From positions 89,652,001-89,716,000 of the forward strand of contig OZ320316.1 of assembly GCA_976226885.1 (NCBI GenBank): a stretch of DNA of 64,000 bases. Direction: 5' to 3'. A model generated the notes under the pieces. The model was not told where the DNA came from. It saw only the letters and a program-made list of their open reading frames with translations, and ran no database searches. The position numbers and the translations under genes were made by a program. This DNA comes from Iphione sp. A-MEVVRFRX5 (lineage: Eukaryota). Below, in pieces: positions 12,437 through 26,825 of the stretch. Position 1 is the stretch's first letter; every line of letters begins with the position of its first letter.

Positions 12437-15400
12437 GTAAGAAAAATCCTTGGTTATTTGCACAGCCATGATTATTTACTGTCCCCTCATTATGATTTAT
12501 GGCTGATCGGCCTGCTTGACAACACGATTCTCCAAGCGACAAAAATAAATTGAGTCCGATGATACAATCACTCTCAGACTCTCATGAACTGGGCATCGCT
12601 AACGCTCCCTCCACCACTGTAAGTAGTATACGCAAAGTGGAGATATGCCTCAGGCTACAGCGTGCGATGACCAGTCTTAAACGGCTGTACATGTATACAT
12701 GAACTGTTGAAAGGGGCCCGTGTGAGCGGTCTTCCTGGTACGTCTCAAAGACGGGGACATTGGAGTATTGACTGTTACGATAGAGTGGCACGGCATGGGA
12801 CCGACGGTCCGCCGTCAGATCCTTCTCATCGCCACCTATCTTCCTAAACGGTCAGATCAATCTCATTGACGAGAATGGCATGGAGTCCGTGAGTGCCTGA
12901 CACCCAGGAGAGTCGCGCTGGTGGATAATAGGGCGTGCATGAGTTGGCCATAAGCCCTCAGATCTACTTCGGTCTGGCAAGGAAGGTGGGTGGCCGGCCT
13001 TTGAGCGTTGGCTCCTGCCCCTAGGAATGGGTGCACGCTGGCTTCTGGAGCAGGTTGATTAGTATGCTCCTCATGACGGCTCTCATCTGTCCCGATGGTG
13101 CTCCAGGCAACGGCCACCCATGAAGACTGCCGGGTCGGTTGTCGGGCAACGGTCGGTGACTACCCAGCTCGTCAAGGGGCCCTTGCTGAGCATATTGTCT
13201 TGCGTATCATTGTGATTTGATACATACTGCACTTCCCTTGGATCATCAGGGACCTTCCCAGTGAGGCCGTGTCCACTTATTGTGATAAATAATGGGAGTT
13301 TTTTCCCCGACTTGTTGTCGTCCGAGTCGCAAAGTTTCGGATGTCGTTTAGAAGTTGCCTGCCCTTTAAAAATTATATGTGGACCTCTCTTTCAGTCAAT
13401 CCATTTTAATTCTAAAACACCCTATAACCGAAGGGAATATTTCTTTACCTTGTTTTGGTAAAATACCAAAATATTATTAAAGAAAGTGTGAATTGATCAG
13501 GATCATATAAATTATGCATCAAACGTATGCAATAGCTCATCATACATGTTCACCGCTTTATCACAAGAGCTTGAAACAGATATTCTTCGTAATGCAACCC
13601 TTCTGGGCCCTGAAGCCTACCTTTTTAAACTGTTTTAACTTTTTTACTGATAGATTCTAGTGCGATCATCATTAATGAGTTCTGCTCTCAGTTTTCAATT
13701 ATCCACTTGTACTTTACAAATAGTGTCCCTGTGTCGAAAGCGATGGATGCGGTCTCCAGCACTTAATGCTGTGAGTACAATATTTATTAACAATTGACAT
13801 TCCTCCGGGCTTCTAAGCAGTCATTTCATCAGACCCATTTATTGACAGTGACAATGACACTACGTCGACTTGTATCTAGAAGGCAGGTTTTTCTTACAGG
13901 AGTGACTTTCAGTAAGTGGAGAACAGTGGCGATAGTAGACAGTCTATTCCAGTTCTACTTGTATGGATTGTCTAGTGCCCTTGTGGTTTATTCGAAGGCC
14001 GAGCTCTTTCTCCGTACTTGAGTTTCCAGGCGCTTGACGGAAGGAAGAGAGCTAGGTAAAAGGTACTTGGCCAGGAAATTGATGGCAATGTCTTTTGAGG
14101 CAGAACTATGTGGTTGCTCTAAGGCAAATTGACGTCAGACTCTTATTTCGTTTCGTTTTAGTGGACCTCCCTTTCACTTGAGACGCCCGAGCAAAAGCCG
14201 TTACGTTCAGACCTTTCCAGATTCACAGCTACAAACGCATACATTCAGTGGTCACATATGTTTTGCTTTGTGAATGCCTTCGGAAAGGTTTCGGAGGAAT
14301 TATTGTATTATTGAGAATCACCTGCAGGTATATTTTAATACACTAGATATATGGATATTTTCATTTGAATTGTCAGATGGACATTCATATAAACCATGTA
14401 CTGGGTATATACATGTACATGTATTTTTAGTATCTAACATGTAGAATGTTTTTATAAAAAATAGAAACATTTCTCTGTTAGCCTGAACAACCCAATGTAT
14501 GGCACATGGCATGTACCGACGCAGTCACTGATTTTGGAAAAATGTAATCTTAGCATTTGAAGCATCCTTTTCCGAGCCATTTTAAGATGTAACGAGATAC
14601 GGCTAAGGATGAGAGCTAAGTCAGTGCAATGATTTTAACGATTGCTTCTCTGCAGATTCATTTTGACCTTCCTCCTACATTAGTGAGCTATGTCTGACTC
14701 ATTTCACTTCAACTCTCCATTAGTCCGGAATGCTTCCGTAGACACTCTTACTTGGATGTCTTAACAAAAAGGTATTATGCATTAATTTTTATTTGCATCC
14801 CGTGAATCCATTCAGAGTCGCTAGGCTTTACGGATGTCGGTAGTATTGCGTATGAGCAGTTAAGACGATGTACAGACTGGTTGCTAAACAGGCTAATTTA
14901 ATACAACTGCCCGGCAAATCCAATGGCGGCGAACCCTTGTCGGACAACAGAATTGACAGAAGCAGATTACATTGACAAATCGGTCGCTAACAGAGCAAGC
15001 CGGGCCTTTACTCATTCATCCCCTAGCCATGCAGCAAGAGAGCATATTGAGAAGTGGTGCGAGGTCCCAAGGGTGTCTTAATGGGATTTCAATGTTGGAA
15101 ACTATACACTGCCTCAAGAACCATCTACCGGTCGGCTGTCAAGTCAATACCCGGAGGGACAGACCACACGCACGCACCTCCTCTAATATTTGAGAGCCGT
15201 TTACCCCGCGGTGGAAAGGGCCCGGTGGCTCTCACCTCAGGGTGAAACAAAGATTTTGTAATGTCAGTTACTCGCAGGTGAAGTATGCAACAGCGTGGAA
15301 GCAATATCAAGCGGATGTATCTTCCAGTCGCGCAAATATTGACCTGAACAACTATGTAAAGTAGAAAATTTGAAATTGGTACTGAATGGAGGCCCTGCTG

Positions 15401-16044
15401 TGTACTTTGGCAATTTAAGCAGAAGCATTGCCGGCTACTAAATGAGCCCCTTTCTAGTTCCTTGTGCTGCATGCGCACGAACGTGGATAAGCATAATTCG
15501 ACCTTTTTCCGTAAACCTGCTCTTACTTCCCTTAAAACCTTTTTTACCAGAGGCATAGCTTTCTGCTTACACTGGGCGCAGGACCTGGAGGAAATGGTCC
15601 ATATCTATCAAAGTACGTCGCCTACAACTTGACCAGTAGGTGGTGCACTTTAGAGTGGCCAAATGTGTCGAAGGCTGCTCAGGATGTGGTCGGCCAAGTG
15701 CAATTATCATTAGTTGAAGATTACACCCGACAGGGCACTGATCATACCTGCCATACTCCATCCCCAGGGCGCTAGCTGACCATCATGCTAGGATGCTTAT
15801 GATGTAGACTTTCTGCTGCCAGGCTAGTCCTGCCACAGGCCGAGCTGTATGGAAAGTACTGCAGAGTAGAGTCCAAGTAAAGATTCCTCCAGTGTTACTT
15901 CTATATATCACATTCGGGTTTCCCAAATGAAGGCCATATTCATAGTATGAACGATTCGCTTGAAATTTTCTGTTGAAAACATTACTTGAGGAAAAACATT
16001 CGAATTTGTTTCCCATTCGTCGTCGATATCTCAACGTTGGATTG

Positions 16045-16211
16045 TACGCTTTTACAATACACCCCTTTGTCTGCTGACATATGGTTTATGCTTATTAAAT
16101 TCCTGACGATCCCAAGAAGCAATTTTACGCTTTAACAACACACCCCGTTGTGTGCTGATACATTGTATATGGTTTATGCTTTTTGAATTCCTAACGATCC
16201 CAAGAAACAAT
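16045..16211. repeat. Two-copy imperfect tandem duplication, ~81-bp unit
   Basis: The blocks tacgcttt.acaa.acacccc...tgctga...atatggtttatgctt...aattcct.acgatcccaagaa.caat start at 16045 and again at 16126. Confidence 0.85.
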
Positions 16212-19200
16212 CAAGTTATGTTACCATGCATGCTTTATGTTTAGGAGAAGGAAAAATCCTTCCCCTAGCAAAACATCCAAAATAACTGTCTGATTTTATG
16301 TCTAGCCGCAATGTAGTCCATGAATTTATTCATTGCCGTTGTATTGATGCTTGATGGCAATTGTTCTGATGAACAGCGAAACTGCTGTGAGCATGGAATG
16401 AGCTCTTATTTGCTTTGGCTTATCAGTAGATGCCCAACAATGTGATTGGACCAATCAGTTCCTAAGTGAATTACCTCATTTGCCACTACTTTCACAGAAC
16501 TTGGCTCGATATGCCATTCTCTGGCGATGTTTGTGTCTTTGCTCTACCATACGAGCTTATGCTAGGACGTAGGACATTCTCTTGATCGCTCCATTCTGGA
16601 ACACTTTGAGTAGGAAGTTAATCTTAAGTATAGCCATTATGTGTGGAAACAAGGCTATTTTACTTTTACTTTTGTTTCATTTATGCAAGTTACAAAATTA
16701 ACATTAATTGAACCTAAAGCATGTATCATCTTCATACTAAGTAGTATTCTCTGGAATAAATCTACAAAGTCAACATTATCCGCCGTACATCACAGCGATT
16801 TAAATGCAACACCTGCAGACACACAGAACTATGTGTATATCTCTGCGTTTTTGTATCTGAGAGCTCTTAAATCAGTCTGGTCAGGGTTTATATGGTGCCG
16901 AATTTCCAAGTAGTTCTACTTCCTGTATTTGAGGGCTGGACACATGTAGTTATCACTTACCATAGACCGAGACCGGATCTGGCATGGGGTCTCGGAAATA
17001 AACCTCTACCTCATTCTTTTCATTTTGCAATAGTTTCTATTTTTCCAATTTTTATAAAGACGTCAAAGCATTTTGCTGTGTTCTGATGAACATTTTACTT
17101 CGAGAATTATTTTTATATTGGAACCTTTACCATCTTTCAGTCTACAGTATCGCGAAATTCAAGATGAATATAGTTTTTATTATCTATTTAGCAGAACAAG
17201 ATTCTGGTATATGCCTTCCATGTAGAGTTTGCTATAGTGCTTTCTTTTCATGAGAAATATGCCTCGGCTTTTTGTGTCGGTTACATTTTGCATTTTCCCC
17301 TCAGTTCTCTATTGAAAAAATGTTCTTGATCAATTTTAGAGTTATAAACCTCTTAGTTTTAGAGCAGACAAGTTGACAGTAGTAGAGTAAATATATTCGG
17401 AAAGACAGTCAAATGGTTGGAAGGCCACAAGATGCCTTTTCTATGTTCCCTATCAAAAGGGGAGGGAACCTTCCAAAATATCCTTGGAAAATGTTACTAC
17501 CACTCTTGACACTGATGATTATCACATTTCGGACAATATGATGTCCATTTTGGGACGTATGTTCACAGATACATCACGCCTAATGTGCCTGTCATTGAAT
17601 TTCATCAGACACTTAGGGGATCAAATGCTCAATACAGTGTGCCAACTGCCGTTCACTGTGGCGTCTTCTGCTAGAGTGAGGCCTGTTCAGGAAAGTCAGG
17701 ACCCAATTGGGCTTGGACCCTGTTTGCATACTCAGCCTGATCCACTCTATACTAGGGGACGGTTCGCAAGGTAACGACTTGGTTTTCTGTGCTGTGCCCG
17801 CTAGCCTGGGCAGATGGCACCTTTTGGGTGATGCTATGATGTCTTACCAGCACTAGTTTCTGCGCTCCTGATAGCACTTTTGTTGAGGACAACCAAGCGC
17901 CAAGGGTTGAGGTGAAGTCAGTTAGCCTCTCATTTCAAGAAATAGTGGCAGTGATTTGGTAAAATTTAATAAACGATCGCACCAAACTGACCGTAATCCA
18001 TACACGTTGACACCAACTTTGCTGCAATAACTGTTGAATAGTGCTTGTCATGATTGATAAAGGTTCGCACTTTCTATGTGCAAATCACTTATCTTGCAAT
18101 ATTCTTCTATACATATTGATTGCCTGCACATGCTTAAGTATCTAACGTAAATTTCTCTTGCGATCCTGTCTGCAAGAAATGGCCTGGGATTAATTAACGC
18201 CGAATGAACTGATATACCTATCCCCATACTGACACAAGCAGTGGGAAGCGCTAAATTTGGTAGGGAGGATAATGACTGCCGTCCACAAAAAAAATGTTTT
18301 TTTACCCTTTCATTTAGTGTGGGAGTTTAATGCTACACTGCAAACGTTTCTGCACCACTAACGACTACTCTGCGTGTAACATTACCCTTACACAATCAAA
18401 AAGGATCTACTCCATGGGAATTGAAGGAAGCAGTTCCCTGGTACTGTATTATCAGTAGAGCTTTACTCGGTGAGACTATGCACCATCATTTTTAGACGCT
18501 CCCTGGAATCGACCTGTCTTTATATACATGTATTGCAGTGAAAACAGCACCCAAACTTGTAATCATTTGATATGGCATAGAGTATTACCACATCGCTACT
18601 AGTTGAGTTTTTTCCCGTATTACATTTCCTATCACCTATCAAATTTTAAAAGTCCTATGGGAATCCAGGTTGTATGAGTAAAGGTCTAACTTACTGAGTT
18701 GGTGCCTAAATATGGTAAGATATATAGCGGAATGCCTCCATCAAGTATGCACTTCGGTAAGCCCTTCGGATTTGAAATTGCAAAAGTTGTGGCCTGTGGA
18801 AACACTTCATTTTTTGTTAAATGCAATTCCACTGCAAATGTATTTCCGGTCTAACGAAATAGCTTCATTACTCAACAGTTGATGATGTTTCTATTTTTAT
18901 TACAATATGTACACCATCCATTTTGCCTTCTCATTAAATTCAATTACTGTCCGAGCTTTAGACATTGGTCCATCCACCTGTCTCCTGCGCTTACAGAGAT
19001 GTCTGCTGGAACATGTAGCATAACAGCCAACACAGTAACTCAAAGTACACATTCAACGCTTGATCGATGTTTTTTCAGTGTCTGCAAAACCATACACCAT
19101 TCATTTCGCACTCTAGGCAGGAAGGGCTCTAAGCAAATGCGCAGAGCCTCTTCGCCTACACGATCTACAAAAAACGGGGTGCTGCACAATCTGTGTACAT

Positions 19201-21011
19201 CTTTGTTTTGAGTAAGCGATTTTGATCACTATGCATTCTGTTCTGTTTGGGTTCGTCATTCTCGTCGCTCGTGTTCCTTTTCTTCAGTTCAGGAAAATGT
19301 TGCTTAGGCATACGCAAATGTACGGAAGATTGGCCTTAGCATAACCCTCTTCTCTCTATTATTCAGAATTGCACCGAGATTTCATCTCAGGCAATGTGGG
19401 CATGATAGCGTTAAAGGACATTTTCACGATGTATTCATCACGTTAGGCTATCAAACATATTGAAGTACTCAAATGTCTGAGCGTAGTAATTTACTCAAAG
19501 ATATAATCTCTTGACTTTGTCTACAATCCCCATCAAACTTATTTATGATCCATGCTTTGGATCAAAATGAGTGGAGACCAGTTAACAATAAATCATAATG
19601 TAATTTAGACCACACTTTGTATTTAAGGAAGCCTCATGTTTTTTACTGCCACAAAGAAGTGACCATCAGGTGCTTTGGCGGTCTTATTACAGACCAATAA
19701 TCTCTTGTCACGTCCTCAATATGGCTGCAAGTAGAGCAGGAGATAAGAGAGCCATTTTTTTCGTATTTTCTTAAAACATTGTTCTAATCACCAAGGCCTA
19801 TTGTCGCTTGTTCGGGGAGTAAGGTATTTGGTAACGTATTTTGCTGTTCTCCTACGGACACGTCAGATGTTGGACCCATTCAAGTGTTGAATGTCTGTGG
19901 GAATCTTTTCATTTAAACGCGTCAGTATATGAAATGTTTGTAGCTTCCACGATGTCTGCAGGAGTATCTGTTGCAGTAAGAGGATCCTATGCTCTCCCTG
20001 TTGCTGGCGAAAACCAAGTTGTCTTTCAATCGTCCCTATCATCAATCTTTTGCTTTTTTGCTTTGACTATGATTATGTGTCTCACAAAGCAACAATACCT
20101 TGCAGGAATATGTCCTGCTACCGCCATTCTGATTGTTTAAGTATCAAACGCAGCAATGAAATTTAGCCTAATGCAGTTTCTGTAAATGCCGTATAGTCGG
20201 CTCTTTTCCCTAGAACAAAGGGCTTCTATCACCAGTCAGTATGCCAATCTTTAAACTGCTGAAAGAAGGTACACAGTTTATATGAATGCAGATGTTGTTT
20301 GGAATGGAGGGACTTTTAAGTTATATTACGATTCCTTCGAAATGGTTATTTATGTAGTATTTACATTACATTATTACATTACTTAGGCCATTGCTCTTTA
20401 GTATATGGGTACGAGAAGGGACTCAACATGAGACACACCCAGAAAGGTTTTAAAAGTGACCGGATGTTTTTCTATACTCCTAATTTTTTAAAACTCATTT
20501 GCATTTCACTGATAATGCGGATAGAACCAAGCAGATACAACCTTGATCCCCCATTTTACTATATTATACGCGTACTAAAACACAAATTACATTTTGGAAA
20601 TGTGTTCAAACGATTCTATAGACCTGAAGAGAAGTGTTTTATTCCACATTTCATTTTTTAAATAGTACGCCTTTAGATCATGCTGCATGTACTGTCTGCT
20701 GTTGCCTTTCACATTAAATGTCGGCATAGACTTTTGTTGTCTTAATCCTACAGGTTGGCTCTCTCTAACGCTCACCCTCAGAAAAAAAAGAGCATGAAAA
20801 TCGTCGAACCCATTCTTACGTGGATGAAGTCTTTCTATTGAATTGTCGTCGCATGGAAGCCGGTGGTTGTTTTTAGTTAGGATGATCGCGAGGCTACCTC
20901 CTGCACTTCTTGCCTAATCACTAAGAAAAAAGTGGAGAAATTCGACCTGTCAGTGTGGCTGGGGCTTTGAGAGTGCGCTTCCTCAACTGACTTAAATGCA
21001 ACTGACTTTGA

Positions 21012-21072
21012 ATGGGACTTGTTCGTTTCCTTCTATCGCTCATTCTGTTGGCAGTGATGTCCTGCAGCAAAG
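21012..21072 (+). CDS. Candidate signal-peptide-encoding first exon
   Basis: Starts at ATG and encodes MGLVRFLLSLILLAVMSCSK, with a basic residue, a hydrophobic core and small residues. It is followed by a phase-1 AG|GT junction (aaag|gtagaa, a weak donor). No downstream exon was identified. Confidence 0.25.
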
Positions 21073-23814
21073 GTAGAAAATATTTTCCAGGGACTCTCCT
21101 GAAGTTGTCTGTCTCAATCTGTTGCCGCCAAATCGACTTTTCTATAAAAGGCCCGCAATATTGCGCTCCATGGTGGTTTGGACAACAAGATACCCGGATA
21201 AAATGGCAGACCGAGTGGTAGGCAGTTGGCTGCCGCCACCGCTCCGAGACATCGTTGGGATGGAGGGAAGCAGGGGCATGACCCTCGTGACCGGCTTGTT
21301 ACCTGATCAATACTGGGTTGGTTTGATGGGTGGGACTCGAGAAGTGGCAGCGACCGATCGTCGACCAGGGCATTGACCGTTGGTCAGGCAACAGGCTCCA
21401 GATGACAGGGTGCGAGCGGTAGCTGTGTGTGCTGCCTGGTGGAGGTGTTGAAACTGTCAGACTAAACGCGTTCGACACTCTGCTAGTAGGATGTAGCTAC
21501 AGATTGGTACTTCACAAACTGATGGAGAGGTATAAAATAGGCTTGACTAAAGGATACACAGTTCACACGCCACAAGAAATGAATAAATACATATACAACG
21601 TCTTTACAGCCTCCTCTGTCACGCACTAACTGCATTGCTTGTGCGTCCTTATTTCAATGTTATGTCCCAACAGTGGTACGGGACTTAGTACGTATGATAA
21701 TGCGCAACTTTAACACTGCATGCCAGTAGTTTATCTACGGCTATAAACGTAAGTTTATGGGTCCTGTAAAAGATATTAAGAAATCATTGCAAAGTGACAC
21801 CACCGAAAAAGATTTAATCGGCCCTTAAGTTTTCTACACCATGCTAGGGATTCAGATTAGGAGATTAACGTCAGGACTATGCTTCTATTGGAAGACTTCC
21901 CCCATCAATTAGGGTTCATACTTAAGCCTAGCCGCATCGATTTGCTGACAGGATTATCTCTTTATCTGCCTTTGCGCTTCGACTGGTGCAGAGCATGCCT
22001 CTTAACTGTAATTCACTGGGTCTTATAGTCTCTTTTGATATTTACCCATACTTCCATAAAACGAACGTGGCATGCAAATTGGAGTTTGAATTGAACTTCT
22101 TTCTTCACGTAAGGATACACATCACAAGTATTTGTATTGATATCATAGACACAACTAATGCAAAATGCCAGTTTGCTATGTAACCTGTGGAGCAGCTTTT
22201 GCTCCAAAACATCACAATAAAATTGACAAGCCTAAAAGTGTACTTAGACTTCGATATTTAATCTTGCTGGTGGTTGTTTTTCGGTGCTCATACGAGAAAG
22301 GGCAACACAATAACAACATGCCTAGGTCCTCATATATTGAGTGGTAACACGCCTTTCTAAAAAAAAAACGAGAAACACGCCAAGCAGGGCTAAACTACTA
22401 TCCGGTATGTCTTAATAAGAAGGCTGTGTTATGAAACTATTCGCCAACGGTATGCTGCCGCCCTACATGTCCCAGTATGCTGAGTGAAAGATAACCATAT
22501 GTTGGTTTGATGCTATGCAAGGAAACCTAATATTATTGTCATTATTCAACTACCTTTCAGACGATATTTAATTTCACATCTATCAAAGCTAAGTCTTTTT
22601 CATACAAATGATACCAGTCTTTTCGTAGTTAATCATGTCTCCTTATGAATAAGAAATACAAGATTAATGTCCGCTCCAGCGAAAAAATACCGGTAGTAGT
22701 TACCTCATCTTTCTATCCTTATTTTTGTTTTTTCGTTGCATCCCAGACTTGGGTGACCGTTGAAGTCATTTCAAGTATTACTTTGATTAAATGTATGAGA
22801 AAATTTGCCGTTTAATATTGTCTCATAAATTGATCATGTACGTATACAAGTAAACGAAGAATGCAATTGTAATTATGATATTATTTCTTGTGACATCCCC
22901 ATCAGCATAGACACAGAAATCTTAAATTCTCCCCCAAAATTTTCTTCTAGTAATTCCCAAGATCGTTAAAATAGTGCTACTTAAGGACCGTCCCCTCCAT
23001 AGAAACGGGTATTATCGCAGACTCAATGCCCTAGTTAGTGACGGTGATGTCACAACCCCCTTTCTAAAGAGCTAATGGCCACAGCTAATGTACAATGGAT
23101 GCTTTTTCCCCTCATTTTTATGCCTCTCTGTCATCAGATCTCTCACGTTGGTAGTTGTAACCCATGTGGGAAATAAGGCACTAATGAATACCGAAACTCC
23201 TTCTTTCCACCCTTCTCTGTAAAGGATTTTAGTCTTAAATCGACAAATGGAAAGGACAAAGCTTAAGCACGTTGTCTTCAGTAAAAGACGGCAGCCATTG
23301 CTCCATAAAACGATATAGAGGTACTTTCTTTAATATTTTAGATTAAACTTAAGTTACGCTCCTATCGACTCCTTTTCGGCAAACTTGGTCGAACTGCGAC
23401 AGGAGACAGAAAATTCGCATCCCGCAACATGCTGAAGAGTCACCGAGTGTGATTTAATATTAATCTATTTGTCCAGTACTAATATCATTACTGTTCAAGA
23501 ATTCTGTTCGAGATAACGATAATACGCATTAATTCATGAAGACAGGCATCGTTATAATGACTAACTTTATTATCTTTAATTTGAGCGTCGGCCAATGGAG
23601 ACAGCAAAAAAAGGTGAGAACCAAATGACGGAATCTCGTTGTCGGCTAGAGCCTGTTGCCGTAGCATTAACAATAATTTGGGGTTAATAAACGGCAATGA
23701 TGCCGTTAAGCGTGATGATGGCGTTTGGCTACTTATTTGAAATTTTAACATGTATCGTGACTTTGAAACGTGAGGCAATATTAAGCCTAAAATGTCCTGT
23801 TTCGTTAACAAGCT

Positions 23815-24110
23815 GGAAAAAATAGAGGGTTGGTGGGTAGGTGAAATTTATTTTCGTTTTCTTTTTTTTTCAAAGTTAAGGGTTCCTGAAAACATCAAAT
23901 GTTTATGTAATACCACTTTTCCTGCTTTAATGAAACATTTATCATATGAAAACTAATGGTCCGAGGAACAAAATGGTGTATTGCATGAGTCTCTACCATT
24001 ATTCGTTCTGAAGTTATCAAAAAAAGAAAAAAATAAAAAGTTACAACTGGCTGTAAAGAAGGGGCGGTCAGGTTATCGGAAACACCGAACTTTTTATTAG
24101 GCCTTATTAA
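23815..24110 (-). mobile_element. Possible fragment of a non-autonomous interspersed DNA element (HINE/MITE-like)
   Basis: On the - strand it begins aggcctaataaaag...gtgtttccgataacctgaccgcccc, with a related acctacccaccaaccc motif and A-runs further on. This resembles, from memory only, ends of abundant marine-invertebrate non-autonomous elements. Confidence 0.25.
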
Positions 24111-26099
24111 GATACTTTCCATTAAATGCCATTTTATAGTGATCGGTAGGAAGGAAATAATCTGATGATTGTTCAATATGAAAAAATGTGAAGAAATGTG
24201 TCAAAATGTATATATATAAACTCCTAAAAATAATGGAACATTTTTATTCAAAAACTGGTAAAGGTGTGTGCTAGATATAAATAACAGAAACATCTATAAA
24301 GATAAAGATTTCATTGCGCATGCAATATAACAATTACATTAGAATGGGTCAGTGCGACGACATACATCTGTCACATAAATTAAATTAACTCAAACTGCAC
24401 ACATTCATTCACAACCAATGAATAATCGATCTCCAAAGTGTTAAACATGTACATTTGTAAACAGAAAATCGATCAGACGAACTTAGCGTAAATGTCTGCA
24501 TATTAGGTTGATATGATAATGTCAGTAATATAAACATAACTTGTACAAAGCTCGTTTGAAATACGTTGGCAAGTATTACTCTGATAATCTATAATGCAGG
24601 ACTGTTGTTTCGATGGTCTAGTTGTCCTTAAAATATGAACAATTGCATGTCCGTCTATTTCTACTCACAACGTGCCTCCAGTGTGAATGTCACGAGAGTC
24701 TTCATTAGGTTTTTGTCTTTGTATCTGTATGGCTTGTTCATTAAATGCAAATCTAATAACAAAAGGAATGATTTCTTTAGTTATGTACAATAATAGGCAA
24801 AGTACTTTGATATGATCCGTGCAATGATGGACTACGAAATGAGAATATCATTATAACGACTTCAAGATTAATTTCGCTTAGCCTTATCAACTTCACAGGC
24901 GCAATACCGACAAGCTTAGCATGCTCAGCAGGTAAATATTGCGACTGTCTACTCACACCATGTACATATGTAAGTGCATTACTGAATGTACTGCTAGTGT
25001 TTCATAAAAAGGATGTAAGAATTAAGACTTCTCTGTGCATGGTTATTCTGAACTAGCCTAGCCGAATAGTTTTTATGTCCATCTTGTGTCACGAATACTG
25101 CTCATCCAAAAGACAGGTATCTTTGTGGTGGCTATATGCATTTGCTCCAAATGAAAGTATGGCCAGTGTATTAATGATTCCATAGATATCAGTTGGCAGG
25201 TATTTAGGTCTCCCAGATTTTAACGGAATATCGTGGGCAGTATTCTATCCTTTTAAAGTTTTATGTCTTATATTGGCGGGTGGAAGAAAGATGAAATTGA
25301 TCCCAAAACGAAGCTACGGTACAATAGCAAGGATACAAATCCGTGCTCTGATCAGTACAAATATATGTCCTTATATGTAAAAAGGGCATAGTGTTTTTAA
25401 TGTAACATCACCAGAACAAAGATCTGGCGCAATTTCTAGGAAAACATCGACGCAAAGGTTGCCCTTTTGCTGCATTTCATCTGTACTACGTAAAACATAA
25501 ACTCACGTAACAAAGCATTTGACAAAATGGACCTCTCCCGACAAGGAACGAATGTTTTCATTTAGAGGAAAGGTAACCCTAAAGGATTATATTTAAGAAT
25601 GCATGGCTGGTACGTTAAATGCACATATTAAAAAGCAGTTTCCTGCTCTTCTTACCCCACTTAATTCTTAAGGTAAATTACTTAAGCTAGTCTCAGAGGA
25701 TACTTTTCAGATAGGTTACCTAAGAGAAAGTTATTCAGTAAAATATTTGTTTTGGAATCCTAGATCTCGCAGAATTTACTTTTCAGAAGGACGGGAATCA
25801 TTGCCACAAGCTGATGTGATATGTCATATCTTTGTAGATGTCTTTCATCCCTCAATCAAGTGCAATCTGTTCCTTAGACCACATCTGTGCATATGAAACG
25901 TGGAAGTTTATAGAGGACCTTTTGTAAAAGCATTGTTAATTACGATCCAGAAGTTGAAATGTATGTCTGCTTGGGGCGATGCTTCTGTAGCTTTAAGGAA
26001 ATATGCAATCTAGCTAAAATAACACTGATAGCCAAACATATTATTAGATTATCATATCCATATATGTCGGCGGGTTGCAGAATGTTATTGCAATCATTG

Positions 26100-26825
26100 C
26101 AAGATTGTCTAAAAACATTGTTGATGATATCCGTGCAAAATACGACTTGAAGGTCTTTACATAAAATGTTGCATAACGATCCGATAAAAGTTGTTCGAAT
26201 GCAAAGATTTGTCTAAACATGAAGGAGAGCATAAAGACCCTAATGAATAAAACCTGGATATTAGCCATGTCGATTAGCCGAACAAAAGGTTTCCTCTCCA
26301 TAAGGGCAAAACTGCTGCTTCTAAAAGGGTCGTTGCTGCCCCATCTCCATTATAGCGCTGCTCTGTGGTATGGGATCTCCTCGTCTGATAAAGTACGTCT
26401 CCAACTACATCTAAACAGATGCGTGCGAATCTACCTTCAAAGAGATGTATTCCTAACAGCTGTCAGACTTCATAGTGTCTTTGGGCTCCCGAGAATAACT
26501 GATCAAATCGAAACGCGAGGCATCATCGCAATCCACAACCACATGCAACTTGGACCCATTAAAAAGGAAAAGGTATGAGGACGAGAAAGGGGAGCAAAGC
26601 CCGAGGCAAAGTCGACAAGCCAAGAAGCACAAAATTCGCGACTTCCTTGAGATATGCTGGTGTGAGAAGGTGGAACAACCTCACACCAGACTTGAAGATG
26701 ACCACCAAGTTGACGAGACAGATGTTGGCCAACGTAGGCATCGGGGAGCCAATCACAGCAAAAATACAATTGTGCCGGGCTAACTGTCATGGAAGCAGTT
26801 GAAAGATGAAAGTTGAAGTTATGAC
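26100..26825 (+). mobile_element. 5'-truncated non-LTR retrotransposon remnant (CR1/L2/Crack-type ORF2 C-terminus) with one frameshift
   Basis: LNMKESIKTLMNKTWILAMSISRTKGFLSIRAKLLLLKGSLLPHLHYSAALWYG...LQLHLNRCVRI fits the post-RT region of CR1/L2 ORF2 (L.PHLDY...W...LQ..QNRA.R.I). After a frameshift in the A-run near 26560-26575 comes RTRKGSKARGKVDKPRSTKFATSLRYAGVRRWNNLTPDLK (the S..YAG.R.WN.L motif). A short tgaaag/tgaag repeat tail follows at ~26800-26820. Confidence 0.8.

Noticed and set aside
15125-15556. 143-aa - strand ORF
   Set aside because: No recognisable domain or splice signals.
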